Source: Mycobacterium phage Rosebush
Length of the DNA stretch: 32,000 bases
Sequence record: NC_004684.1
Reading direction: 5' to 3' (one strand)
The notes below the pieces were generated by a model. It was not told where the DNA came from, made no database searches, and saw only the letters and a program-made list of their open reading frames with translations. The translations under genes and the position numbers were made by a program. Within the stretch, counting starts at the first letter, position 1. Every line of letters starts with the position of its first letter. Below, piece after piece: positions 8,150 to 17,537 of this stretch.

Positions 8150-9517
8150 TTAAACGGTGGGTGTTGCGGTTGCGGTGAACAGCCCGGCCACGGTGTGGCC
8201 GAGCGCGGTGAGTTCGTCGGACCAAACGTCCTGGAACTCAGCCCACACGGCGTCGAGGTCCGACACCGCCTGGGCAGCTTGGATGCGCTGGTATGCCTGG
8301 ACATAGCGCAGCGCCTCGGCTGACGGTACCGGCGTGGTCAGGCCGGGTACGTCGTGCTTGGCGTTCTTACGGTGGTGGCGCGCGCGCAGCGAGGTCGCCA
8401 GGTACTCGTCCCCGCACGACAGGCGCATCGGCAGCATGTGCGCCATGTTCGGCGCATCGCTGGGCAGGTGGATGAGCACGGCCATCTCCTGGTTGATGGC
8501 GGGCATTGGCTCCCAGGTCTCGCCGTCGAGGCCGAGCATCAGCCGTGCGCGGGCGTACCCGGCCAGCTGCGTTGGCCAGGTCATCCACGACCATTTGACA
8601 TTGTCGGCCTTGCTGGTCTTGAGGTCGCCCAGGTACAGCTCGCCGGTGGTGACGCACATGTAAATGCGGTCCAGCGTGCCGACCACGCGCTCCTCGCCCG
8701 CGTCGTTGAGCACCAGGCGCTCGCAATACTGCGGCACGGCGATGAACCCGGCGCGCGCCAGCACCTCGCGGTACTTGTCGACCCAGGGCCGGAACATTTC
8801 GGGCACCTGCTCCAGCGTGACCATGGCGCAGTCGACGGCGGCACACCACTCGTGCACGGCGTCGCCGAACTCGGCACTGTTCTTGCCGCCGTTGAAGGCG
8901 TCAATGCGCTCGATGAGGTCGTTGACGGTGGACCCGTTGCCCTTGTCAATCGCCTCGCGCAACTCGCGCAGCATCGACACGGCCACCTCGTTGGCGTCCG
9001 GCCCGGTGGCGTAGTCGACCAGCTTGAGCACGCTGGCCACCTGCGTGCGCGTGGACCACCGGGACAGGTTGTACGTGTCGTCCAGCGTCTTGGCCGCCGT
9101 GGTGGCCCGGACGAACCCGGTCGGCAGGCCGGTGATCGGGTCAGGCAGGACGTAGTGGCCATACTGGTTGAACTTGTTCACCGGACGCGGGAGCGCCGGG
9201 GGGAGCGGGTACTCGGCCCACTGCGTCACCCGCTGCTGCGGCGGCGCGATGCCGATGTCGCTGGCGTCGACTGTCACTGGGGGTTCCTCCTGCGGTGGTT
9301 GTGTTTTCGGTCGGTATAGGCCGTGCATCGTGTACCGGCGACCGTCGGGGCCCCGCCACGAGTCTGTGAGTGCGTCGTAGTTGTAGTCCGGGTGGGCGAG
9401 CAGCGGGTTGGCGGTCCATCCCCACTGCTCGATACCCATGCCGGGGTCGCGCACCGGACGGAACCAGGTGGCACCGTTGGCGTCGGTGCGCGCCGGGTAG
9501 TCGGTGGCGACGCTCAT
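8150..9517 (-). CDS. Cas4/RecB-like PD-(D/E)XK exonuclease
   Basis: EFGDAVHEWC...ERLVLNDAGEERVVGTLDRIY...GELYLGDLKTSK...WPTQLAGYA. Confidence 0.78.
   Translation of the reverse strand: MSVATDYPARTDANGATWFRPVRDPGMGIEQWGWTANPLLAHPDYNYDALTDSWRGPDGRRYTMHGLYRPKTQPPQEEPPVTVDASDIGIAPPQQRVTQWAEYPLPPALPRPVNKFNQYGHYVLPDPITGLPTGFVRATTAAKTLDDTYNLSRWSTRTQVASVLKLVDYATGPDANEVAVSMLRELREAIDKGNGSTVNDLIERIDAFNGGKNSAEFGDAVHEWCAAVDCAMVTLEQVPEMFRPWVDKYREVLARAGFIAVPQYCERLVLNDAGEERVVGTLDRIYMCVTTGELYLGDLKTSKADNVKWSWMTWPTQLAGYARARLMLGLDGETWEPMPAINQEMAVLIHLPSDAPNMAHMLPMRLSCGDEYLATSLRARHHRKNAKHDVPGLTTPVPSAEALRYVQAYQRIQAAQAVSDLDAVWAEFQDVWSDELTALGHTVAGLFTATATPTV
9277..9290 (-). promoter_or_regulatory. Internal SD (GGAGG, 9286-9290) and GTG start (9275-9277) within the exonuclease ORF
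   Basis: Minus strand ACACAACCACCGCAGGAGGAACCCCCAGTG, same layout as true intergenic leaders elsewhere in the window. Confidence 0.5.
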
Positions 9518-11229
9518 GACATGTGCCCGTCAAGGACGCGCGACGCCAGCGCGATGCTGATTTCATCGCTCAGGCGGGCCTTGGTCATGCCGTCGGCACC
9601 GACGATGCCGAGGTTGTGCGCGAACGTCACCTGCTTATCGCTCGGCTTCTGGTTGCGCCGCCAGGAGGCCGACTTGTCGTTGAAGGTGAACCGGTCGCTC
9701 TCGTACACCCAGGCCTCGGCGAAGTCGACGGCGTCCTCCAGGTCCATGAAGTCGGCCACCACCCCGCCGCGCTCCAGCGGCAGCGCGTCCATGCGGCGCT
9801 TGGTGCTGGTCAGGCCCGGCAGCCAGCGCTGGTCGCGGCCCTTGCGTCCGGTTTCCGGCCACAGGAACACCAGCCAGCCGTCGCTGCCGTTGATGAACGG
9901 CACACCGGCGGGGGTCTCCAGCCACAGCGTGTCCGAGTTGGCCAGCAGGTCGATGCTGACCAGCTCCACCGGACCCTGGCGCACCACCTTGGCCTCGGTG
10001 TCGCCGCCGCTCATGGCGTCATCCACCAGGCCGCAGACGCACTCGGTGACGTAGAGGTCGCACGTCGGGCATACCGCGATGGCCTGGCCCTGCTCATCCA
10101 CCTCTTCGACCGGCGCACCGGGGGACAGGTCGGTGAGGTTGACCAACTTCATCGCGCGGGTGGAGCCGGACAGGTCCAGCACCAGCGCGTCGGTCTTGCC
10201 GGGGAACAGGCGCAGCGCGCGGCCGACCATCTGCGCGTAGAGGTTTTTTGACCGGGTAGGCCGAGCCATGACCACGGTGTCGCACATCGGGAAGTCGGCA
10301 CCTTCGGTCAGCACCATGACCGTGACCAGGTTCTTGGTCACGCCGGTGCGGTACCGGTCGTAGACCTGTTCGCGCTCGGCGTGCGGCATTGACCCGGTGA
10401 CGGCCTCGGCGGTCATGCCGCGCTCGTTGATGGCGTCGGCGATCATGTGCGCGCCGTCCACGCTGGCGGCGAACACGATGTTGGTGCGCTCGCGGGCATG
10501 CAGTTCGATGGCGTCCACCACGTACTCGACGGCGGCCTCCATGACCTCGGCCAGTTCGTCGTTTTTGAAGTCACCGGCCACGGTGCGCACGTCGTCCAGC
10601 TTGTCCAGGTTCTTGATGCGCACGGTCTTGCCGCGCGGCTGGACCAGGAACCCGTGCTTGATGGCCCAGCGCAGGTCCTTCTCGTAGCTGACCTTCTGGA
10701 TCACATCGCCCAGGCCGATGGTGCCCTTCTCGTTGCGGTACATCGTGGCGGTGAACCCGCACAGGTAGGCGTGCGTATAGCCGCCCAGTTCCTCGAACGT
10801 GGCGTGGAAGCCTTCGGCACCGGCGTGGTGGAACTCGTCCCACAGGATCACGTCGCGGCGGCCGAGCGCGTTGCGGCGCTTGGCGTGCGCCAGCGTCTGG
10901 AGGCTGGCGAACACGATGGGAGCGTGGTGGTCGTCGTGCTCGGCCATCACGATGCCGATGTCGCTGGCCGGGATGGTCGGGTCCACGGCCAGCATGTCCC
11001 GGCGCATCTGGAACAGCAGTTCGGCGCGGTGGGCCAGGGCCACCACGCGCTTGCCGCTGCGGTAGGCGTTGGAGGCCAGCTTGCCGATGACGGTGGACTT
11101 GCCTGCACCGGTCGGAAGAACGACGCCGGTGCGCTTGGTGCCGGATTCCCAGTCGCGCTCGACGGCGGCGACGGCGGCGGTTTGGTACGAGCGCAGTTCG
11201 CGGGGTTCAGTCCCCACTGATGCGGTCAC
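9514..11229 (-). CDS. SF2 DEAD/DEAH-box DNA helicase
   Basis: RTGVVLPTGAGKSTV (Walker A), DVILWDEFHH, GFTATMYR, MVGRALR; GTG start with SD GGAG. Confidence 0.88.
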   Translation of the reverse strand: MTASVGTEPRELRSYQTAAVAAVERDWESGTKRTGVVLPTGAGKSTVIGKLASNAYRSGKRVVALAHRAELLFQMRRDMLAVDPTIPASDIGIVMAEHDDHHAPIVFASLQTLAHAKRRNALGRRDVILWDEFHHAGAEGFHATFEELGGYTHAYLCGFTATMYRNEKGTIGLGDVIQKVSYEKDLRWAIKHGFLVQPRGKTVRIKNLDKLDDVRTVAGDFKNDELAEVMEAAVEYVVDAIELHARERTNIVFAASVDGAHMIADAINERGMTAEAVTGSMPHAEREQVYDRYRTGVTKNLVTVMVLTEGADFPMCDTVVMARPTRSKNLYAQMVGRALRLFPGKTDALVLDLSGSTRAMKLVNLTDLSPGAPVEEVDEQGQAIAVCPTCDLYVTECVCGLVDDAMSGGDTEAKVVRQGPVELVSIDLLANSDTLWLETPAGVPFINGSDGWLVFLWPETGRKGRDQRWLPGLTSTKRRMDALPLERGGVVADFMDLEDAVDFAEAWVYESDRFTFNDKSASWRRNQKPSDKQVTFAHNLGIVGADGMTKARLSDEISIALASRVLDGHMS

Positions 11230-11266
11230 GGTGTCTCCTGTTGCGTTGGCGTTGCGGTGGCGGTGC

Positions 11267-11295
11267 GGTGGCGCGCCCTGTGCGAGCGCGCCACC
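11267..11295 (-). other. 10 bp perfect stem-loop immediately downstream of promoter P2
   Basis: ggtggcgcgc / gcgcgccacc, 9 nt loop. Confidence 0.75.
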
Positions 11296-11296
11296 G

Positions 11297-11325
11297 ACAT
11301 TACGTTGAGGCGGCGGTATTGTCCA
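11297..11325 (-). promoter_or_regulatory. Promoter family copy P2: TGGACA-N17-TAATGT
   Basis: GGACAATACCGCCGCC...ACGTAATGT upstream of helicase. Confidence 0.65.
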
Positions 11326-11461
11326 GCGTGCGGACGCAGGCGGCGCAGGAACCGTCGACCGTCCGGTCGTGGCGGTAGTCCCCGTGGCGTGCGCACACTG
11401 TCGGCAACCGGCGCTCAGCTGCGGCGTAGTAACCGCGCATGGTGGTGTATCCGCGCGACAT
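11300..11461 (-). CDS. 53 aa protein with C/H-rich motif
   Basis: MSRGYTTMRGYYAAAERRLPTVCARHGDYRHDRTVDGSCAACVRTLDNTAAST*; upstream gene stop is 1 nt away; too short for the supplied ORF track. Confidence 0.6.
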   Translation of the reverse strand: MSRGYTTMRGYYAAAERRLPTVCARHGDYRHDRTVDGSCAACVRTLDNTAAST

Positions 11462-11462
11462 G

Positions 11463-11798
11463 TCAGCCGAGCACCCCGCCGCATCCCCCAGGACCGGCCA
11501 ACGGCGGTGTGGGTGACCCGTTCGGGATGATGCAACGCAGCGGCTGCCACCAGTACCCGATGCGGAAGGTGTTCAACCGGGTGCCGTCGGGGAACGACTG
11601 GCCTTCGCAGTAGCCGCCCCACCCGGAGGCCGACATGCCCGGCCCATTGCCAGGGCACCAGAACGGCGGTGCCGGGACGCGGGGGTCCGGCAGAGCGTGC
11701 GCCTCGGTGGCGTAGGCGGCCCCGGTGCCCAGGAGCACCGTAGCGGCGGCCAGGGCCGCCGCTGCGCGGCGAACGGTGCGGCGGTGGTAGGTATGCAT
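11463..11798 (-). CDS. Secreted protein with signal peptide, mycobacterial-secreted-protein-like
   Basis: MHTYHRRTVRRAAAALAAATVLLGTGAAYATEAHA signal peptide, then WCPGNGPGMSASGWGGYCEGQSFPDGT. Confidence 0.7.
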   Translation of the reverse strand: MHTYHRRTVRRAAAALAAATVLLGTGAAYATEAHALPDPRVPAPPFWCPGNGPGMSASGWGGYCEGQSFPDGTRLNTFRIGYWWQPLRCIIPNGSPTPPLAGPGGCGGVLG

Positions 11799-12289
11799 CA
11801 GCGCACCGCCTCGGGCGCGAGGGTAGCGGCTGCGCGGAACAGGCCCTCCAGGTTGGTGTAGCCGAACAGCTTGAGCTGGTTGGCCGTCACCGTGTCGCCG
11901 GTGTGGGCGTCGAGCATGGCCACCAGGCCACGGTAGGACCCGGCGGTAGTGGCGCTGAGCCAGCCTTCTGGGCGCGGCACGTTGTTGCGCACCTGGTGCT
12001 CCGGCACCACCTGGTCGCGCAGCTCGCTGAGGTAGTCGCTACCAGCGGCGGCACGGAAGCGCTTGGTGTCCTCGAGGGTCGGGGAGCGCTTGGTCTTGAT
12101 GAATGCGCTGAGCGCATCGCGCAGGGCCACGATGTTGTCGCGCTTGCTCGGCTCAGTGTGCTCGGCGATGTAGGCCGCACACCGCCGTCGGTACTCGGCG
12201 TCGGCCTTGTCGTGGACGGCCAGTGCGGCGTTGGCCGCCTTGATCAGCGCCTTCTTGTCGAAGGTGATGCTGGTTGGCGCGGTTGCCAT
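11798..12289 (-). CDS. Hypothetical protein
   Basis: MATAPTSITFDKKALIKAANAAL...; SD AAGGAG upstream. Confidence 0.65.
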   Translation of the reverse strand: MATAPTSITFDKKALIKAANAALAVHDKADAEYRRRCAAYIAEHTEPSKRDNIVALRDALSAFIKTKRSPTLEDTKRFRAAAGSDYLSELRDQVVPEHQVRNNVPRPEGWLSATTAGSYRGLVAMLDAHTGDTVTANQLKLFGYTNLEGLFRAAATLAPEAVR

Positions 12290-12320
12290 GTGTTGTCTCC
12301 TTTTGTGGGTGTGGTTGTGT

Positions 12321-12347
12321 TGCGCGTTGGCCGGACGCGCCCCCGGT
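12321..12347 (-). repeat. Dispersed intergenic repeat with small stem-loop, copy A
   Basis: tgcgcgttggccggacgcgcccccggt; second copy at 29458-29484. Confidence 0.6.
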
Positions 12348-12353
12348 AGTGCG

Positions 12354-15116
12354 TCAGTCGGCCAGGATGTTCTCGGCGGCGAACAACTGGCGTGCCTGCT
12401 CGTCGGACCCGCCTGACGGCACGTAGCGCGAACCGGAGGCGGTGCCGGTGAGCGTCTGGATCAGGTCGTAGCGCAGGCCACGGTCGGCGGCCTCGGCCAC
12501 CTTCTGCTTCCAGGCCTTGGTGGCGTCGGCACGGCTGGCGGTGTACGCGTCCATCTCCAGGTACGTCACCAACTCAGTGCGCGTCAGGCCCTGCTCCGGG
12601 AACCGCTGCGCGATCAGGCGGCGCATGCGGATGGCGGTTTCGACCACCGGTTCCGGCGTCGGCCGGGCAAGCACGATGTCGCCCTGCATCGGGTCCACCG
12701 TCCCGGTCGGCCCGGTGATGATGGGAGCGTTGCGCGGCTCCCAGTTGACCATCATCAGCGGCAGCGGCTCAGCAAGCTGTTCGGAGTTCTTCTGCTTGGT
12801 GGTGTCCAGCTCGATGGCCTTGCCGGGGAGGCGTCCGTTGTCGTCGGCCACCATGCGCACGTCCCACCGGCCTTCGCGCACCAGCAGTTCGCTGTCCAGG
12901 GCACCGTTGAGCGCGCTGGATCCACGGGCGGTCTCGGAGTGCTTGCCGGTGTGGTGCACGATCAGCACCCCGGCGTTGGTGTGGCGGCGAATCTGGTCAA
13001 ACCGCTCCACCGCCTTGCCGACCTCGGTGGCCGAGTTCTCCTCGACCGACAGCGCCATACGAGCAAACGTGTCGAAGATGATGAACCCGATGCCCTCGCG
13101 GATGATGTAGTTGCCGACCTCCTGCCACACCTCGGCCTGCGCGCCGAGCTTGACGATGGAGTTGGCCAGCAGCAGGTCATTGCCCACCTCGGTGCCGTGC
13201 GCCTCTTCCCAGGCCCAGATGCGCTGCACCGCGCCGGAGAGGCCTTCACCGGGCATGTAGAGCACTTTGGTCTTGAGCGTGCGGCGGCCCTGCCAGCGCT
13301 TGCCGGTGGCGATGTGGCAGGCCATGTCCAGCGCCACGCTGGACTTGCCGACGCCGGGCGGGCCGATGATGCAGGACAGGCCGCCGTTCTCCAACAGGCC
13401 GTCGATGATGTACTCCGGGGGCGGCATGTCGCGCCAGTGCGCGAACGGGGCGATGACCGGGACGCCGAACGTGGCCGAGTTCAGCACGTGCGGGTCCGCA
13501 GGCCCGGCCTCGTCGCCGAACGGCACGTCGGCGGGCGGGGTGGCCGGGGCGGGCGCGTCGGTGCCCTGCTGGCCGGGCCCGACCCCGCTGAACAGATCGG
13601 CCACCGGCGCAGGCTCCTCCTCCTCGGCAGGCTCGGCCAGGTGCTCGTCGCCCACGTCGCCGCCAACCGGCAGGTGCCACAGGTCGCCGTCGGCGTCGGC
13701 CTGGAACGTACCGTCGCCGGTCTCGCACACCGGGCAGTACGGCGCAGTCTCGGCGGCGGCGGCGGCGGCGGCCTGCTCGGTCGGCCAGTCGGTCGGTGCC
13801 GGGCCGGGCGTCGGCACGTCGCCCCACAGCGGCGCGTCCATGTTGGCGGTGTCCACACCGGCCTCGCGCTCGGTGGCCTTGCCGTCCAGGATCGACCCGT
13901 CGGCGGCCATGGTCGGCGCTGACGGGATCAGGCCCAGGCTGTCCATGGCCTTGCCGATGTTGCCGCCGTACTCGGTCAGCGCCACCACCTGGAGCTTGGA
14001 CATGGTCTTGGTGCCGTTGGCCGCGATCCACGAGTCGAACGGTTCGCCGGGGTTGTCGGTCCAGATGTGCAGCGGCGCGTCGGGGGTGTAGCGGCCCAGC
14101 GTGCACCCGGCGGTGTGCGCGGTGGCCGACTTCGGGCTGGCGTGGCCTTCGCCTGCGGTCCAGACCTCACACCCGCAGGCGTCGTTGCGGCTGGCCGGTG
14201 TCCAGCCCAGCGGCTCCAGGAGCACCGACCACGGCGTGGACTCGGCCCATTCGGCGATAACGGTGTCCAGGGCACCGGGCACGCGCTCGGCGGCGCGGCG
14301 TTCAAACTCAGCGGCACGCTCGGCACGGAGCGCACCAGCGCGGGTGATCTCCTCCAGCAGTGCCGGGATCAGCTCGTAGTCCTCCCCGGCCATCACATAC
14401 GGTCCCTCGGGACGCGAGGACGGCGGGATCAGCACGTAGCGGCGGTTCCACAGGATGGCGAATCCGTCGTCGCCGGACATGGTGATCGCGCCCAGGTTGG
14501 ACGGCAACTCCACACCGTCGGGCACCCGGAAGTAGAAATGCCCGCCGTCGCTGTGCACCGGCACACCATCCACAATCTGACCGGGTGTGCGCACCGTCGG
14601 CGGCAGCGTGGCCGGTGCCTGGCTCCAGGCCAGGAACCGGTCGAGCTGCGCCTTGGTGTCGCAGTCCACCACGACCAGGCGGCTGGCCCCCACCTCGATG
14701 GCCAGGTTGATCGGCGGGCACTCCACCAGCGTGGATTCTTTGACCTGCTTCGGTCCCTTGGGCCGCACGACGTTGCCGTCGGCGTCGTGCCAGGTGCCGA
14801 ACACGCGCAGGTACTCGTCCAGGTACTTGAGAACCACCTTGGGGTCGTCGCTGGCCAGCGCCAGGCCCGACGGCGACTTCACGCGTGCCCAGTCGGTGCG
14901 CCCGGCCAGGCGGGCGGCCTCCTTGGCATCGGCATCGGCGGCGTTCTTCACCCGCTCGGTGCGCATGTCGGCGGGGTGCTTGCTGTTGGGGTACACCAGC
15001 AGCAGGTGCAGGCCCGCCTTGCAGGCCTCGCGGATGAACGCACGCATGCGTTCGGGGTCGGTGTTCATGCCGGGCGGGACACCCAGAATGGATTGCAGAT
15101 CGGAAGCTCCGAGCAT
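12354..15116 (-). CDS. Primase-polymerase plus RepA/RecA-like AAA ATPase (replicative helicase-primase type)
   Basis: Prim-pol-like NLAIEVGASRLVVVDCDT...HSDGGHFYFRVPDG; GPPGVGKSSVALDMA, FIIFDTFARM, VLIVHHTGK. Confidence 0.78.
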   Translation of the reverse strand: MLGASDLQSILGVPPGMNTDPERMRAFIREACKAGLHLLLVYPNSKHPADMRTERVKNAADADAKEAARLAGRTDWARVKSPSGLALASDDPKVVLKYLDEYLRVFGTWHDADGNVVRPKGPKQVKESTLVECPPINLAIEVGASRLVVVDCDTKAQLDRFLAWSQAPATLPPTVRTPGQIVDGVPVHSDGGHFYFRVPDGVELPSNLGAITMSGDDGFAILWNRRYVLIPPSSRPEGPYVMAGEDYELIPALLEEITRAGALRAERAAEFERRAAERVPGALDTVIAEWAESTPWSVLLEPLGWTPASRNDACGCEVWTAGEGHASPKSATAHTAGCTLGRYTPDAPLHIWTDNPGEPFDSWIAANGTKTMSKLQVVALTEYGGNIGKAMDSLGLIPSAPTMAADGSILDGKATEREAGVDTANMDAPLWGDVPTPGPAPTDWPTEQAAAAAAAETAPYCPVCETGDGTFQADADGDLWHLPVGGDVGDEHLAEPAEEEEPAPVADLFSGVGPGQQGTDAPAPATPPADVPFGDEAGPADPHVLNSATFGVPVIAPFAHWRDMPPPEYIIDGLLENGGLSCIIGPPGVGKSSVALDMACHIATGKRWQGRRTLKTKVLYMPGEGLSGAVQRIWAWEEAHGTEVGNDLLLANSIVKLGAQAEVWQEVGNYIIREGIGFIIFDTFARMALSVEENSATEVGKAVERFDQIRRHTNAGVLIVHHTGKHSETARGSSALNGALDSELLVREGRWDVRMVADDNGRLPGKAIELDTTKQKNSEQLAEPLPLMMVNWEPRNAPIITGPTGTVDPMQGDIVLARPTPEPVVETAIRMRRLIAQRFPEQGLTRTELVTYLEMDAYTASRADATKAWKQKVAEAADRGLRYDLIQTLTGTASGSRYVPSGGSDEQARQLFAAENILAD

Positions 15117-15160
15117 GGCTGAGTTGGCCTTTCGTGGTTGGTGGAGCGGGGAGGTTGAGC

Positions 15161-15325
15161 CTATGCCGTCGGGTCGGCGGTCGGCGGGTCATCGGCGTGG
15201 CCGACACAGAACCAGTCGACACCGCCGTCGGGGGTGCGGACCAGGCGTGCGCCCGGTGCCGTGCAATCGGGTACCGCGCAGTGCGGTGCGGAGTGTGATG
15301 CGCGCTTCTCGCGGTACTTGCTCAT
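15161..15325 (-). CDS. Small Cys/His-containing protein
   Basis: MSKYREKRASHSAPHCAVPDCTAPGARLVRTPDGGVDWFCVGHADD; starts just after pol stop. Confidence 0.55.
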   Translation of the reverse strand: MSKYREKRASHSAPHCAVPDCTAPGARLVRTPDGGVDWFCVGHADDPPTADPTA

Positions 15326-15327
15326 CG

Positions 15328-17157
15328 TTACACCTTCGCCCATCGGTGTCCCATGTCCGCGCGGTCGGTGCGCAACATGAAGTCGTCGCGCTTGGCCCAG
15401 CGGGTCAGGAACTCCGGTGGCGTCATCATGATGTGCTCAACCTCGGCGGCCACATCGGTGTCCACCACCAGCTCGTCGTGCATGGCCAGCTGCACGTGGC
15501 CGGACAGCCCGGCCTCGTCCAGGCGCACGATGGTGTGCGCCAGCACGTCGTAGGCCGACCCCTGGCAGATGTAGTTGACCGCCCGGTAGCTGCCCTGCTG
15601 GTCCACCGGCAGGATGCGGCCACCGCCGGTGACGATGCGCCCGTGGGTGATGGCGATGGACTCGACCTTGGCCATGAAGTCACGACTGGCAGGCATGGCC
15701 GCGAGCATCTGCCGACGAATCTGCGCCGCCGACTCCTCGGTGTGGCCGATGCGCCGGGCCATGGACCGCGCGCCCTGGCCGTACATCGTGGCCAGCAGGA
15801 TCACCTTGGCCATCGGCCGGTCGATGCCGCACGCGCGCATGATCGGCTCGTACAGGTCGGCGTCATTTTCGAAGAACGGTGCCAGGAACTCCCGGTCACC
15901 GGCCATCAGCGCCATCGTGACCGGCTCGATCTGCGCCCAGTCCACCGAGGTGAGGCCTTGGCCGTCGTCCACAATGATCGGCCGGGCGTCCTTGGGGAAC
16001 TGCTGGAGTTCGGGGGAGCCGTAGCTCATGCGCCCGGTGGCCGAGGCCCCCAGGATGGCGACCTGCGGATGGCACCGCCCGGTCACCGCCGCCTGGCGGG
16101 ACACCTTCTCCAGGTAGCCGAGCACCTTGTCGCTCTGCGCCAGTGCGCGCTGCGCGGCGGCGACCGGGTGGTCCAAGGTCTCCAGGTGTTCCTTGGCCGC
16201 GCTCGGCGCACCTTTCGGTGTACGCGGCCAGTCGCTGGGCAACTCGCCACGAGCCTCCAGCCATTTGACCAGCGCCGGACCTTTACCGGTGCCGCCTTCC
16301 AGGTCGTACTGGGCCAGGAATGCGGCGTGCTCCAGGCGCTTGTCGTGCTCGCGCTCGCGGTACTCGTCCAGGTAGTCCCGGTCCACGGCCAGGCCGCGCG
16401 CGCTGCGCTGGAGCATCACCCAGTGCGCGATCTCCTGCACCTCCAGCACCTCCAAGGCCTCGGCCTCGGTGGTGGCACCGAACTCGGCGAACGGGTGGCT
16501 GGTGGTCCACTCGACGCACTTACGTCGCAGCACCGGCTCCAGCAGCAGGGTGGCCACGGTGTCGGCCATCGCGCCCTGCCGGTAGATCGGGGCGTCGATG
16601 TTCATGTTCTCGTAGCCATCCTGAATGGTCTTGAACCCGGCGGCCTTGAACGCCCGCTCCATGCCACCGGCCACGTCGACCAGGCCCAGCAGGTGCACCG
16701 CGCAGGCCTCCAGTGTCTTGCGTGGCAGCGGCGGGCCGTAGCTGTCCGGGTAGGCGAACCGGGCCAGTAGGACCGTATCGGCAATCTTGCGAATCTCCCC
16801 GGCGTCGATCAGGCCGTGGTGCCACAGCGGCGGTACGTCGAAGCTGGCGTTGTGGAACACCAGCTTGCTGGCACGTGCGAACACATCGCGCGCAGCTGCG
16901 CGGTGCGCAGGCCAGCGAATCGGATCCAGCAGCACCGACTCGATGGTGCCGTCCCAGCCGATCCAGGCGGCGGTCAGGCAGTTGATCTCGAAGTTGCGGT
17001 CCAGGCCGGGGGTCTCGATGTCGGCCGCCACCGGGATGCCCGACGGCATGGCCGCCACCACCTCCAGCGCGTTGCGACCGGTGTGCATGTGGCAGTTCAA
17101 GCCGGTGTGGAGCCAGGAGGTGTCCGGCACCGGTTCGTAGGTGATGGTGATGGTCAC
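15328..17157 (-). CDS. polA: Family A DNA polymerase with 3'-5' exonuclease domain
   Basis: VAADIETPG...VFHNASFD; SVDWAQIEPVTMALMAGD; KVILLATMYGQG; VQLAMHDELVVDT. Confidence 0.9.
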   Translation of the reverse strand: MTITITYEPVPDTSWLHTGLNCHMHTGRNALEVVAAMPSGIPVAADIETPGLDRNFEINCLTAAWIGWDGTIESVLLDPIRWPAHRAAARDVFARASKLVFHNASFDVPPLWHHGLIDAGEIRKIADTVLLARFAYPDSYGPPLPRKTLEACAVHLLGLVDVAGGMERAFKAAGFKTIQDGYENMNIDAPIYRQGAMADTVATLLLEPVLRRKCVEWTTSHPFAEFGATTEAEALEVLEVQEIAHWVMLQRSARGLAVDRDYLDEYREREHDKRLEHAAFLAQYDLEGGTGKGPALVKWLEARGELPSDWPRTPKGAPSAAKEHLETLDHPVAAAQRALAQSDKVLGYLEKVSRQAAVTGRCHPQVAILGASATGRMSYGSPELQQFPKDARPIIVDDGQGLTSVDWAQIEPVTMALMAGDREFLAPFFENDADLYEPIMRACGIDRPMAKVILLATMYGQGARSMARRIGHTEESAAQIRRQMLAAMPASRDFMAKVESIAITHGRIVTGGGRILPVDQQGSYRAVNYICQGSAYDVLAHTIVRLDEAGLSGHVQLAMHDELVVDTDVAAEVEHIMMTPPEFLTRWAKRDDFMLRTDRADMGHRWAKV

Positions 17158-17537
17158 AGCACGCCTCGCACTTGGTCGATGAGTTTGATGGTCAGGTCGG
17201 TGCCGGGCACGTCGCCATCACCGGCATGCTTGCGCTCCCAGGTGGCCAGCACCTCTTTGACCCGGTTGGCCAGGTCCTCGCGCCCGTCGGCCTCGCCACG
17301 CTCGTAGGCGCTGTCCTCCAGGTCGTCGTGGCCGCTGGCGCAGTCGTTGACGCCCTCCTCGTAGAGGCGCTGGCGGTTCTCCTCGCGCTCCTCCTCGGTG
17401 GCCCCGGCGCACCAGGTGTCCAGCGGTACGCCGTCATCGTTGGTGCACCGGTACATGCCGGTGGCATGCACCCAGGAGCGTCCGGCCAGCACGGCGGCGT
17501 GGCCGCATTCCAGGCAGGCGCTGCGTTCGGTCACCAC
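17154..17537 (-). CDS. Hypothetical protein
   Basis: ATGA overlap with the polymerase start; MVTERSACLECGHAAVL... Confidence 0.6.
   Translation of the reverse strand: MVTERSACLECGHAAVLAGRSWVHATGMYRCTNDDGVPLDTWCAGATEEEREENRQRLYEEGVNDCASGHDDLEDSAYERGEADGREDLANRVKEVLATWERKHAGDGDVPGTDLTIKLIDQVRGVL

Noticed and set aside
12939-16770. Long + strand ORFs opposite the replication genes (12939-13922, 13267-14091, 14587-16770)
   Set aside because: Antisense shadow ORFs typical of high-GC DNA; low-complexity His/Arg/Gly/Val-rich products, with strong family matches on the - strand instead.
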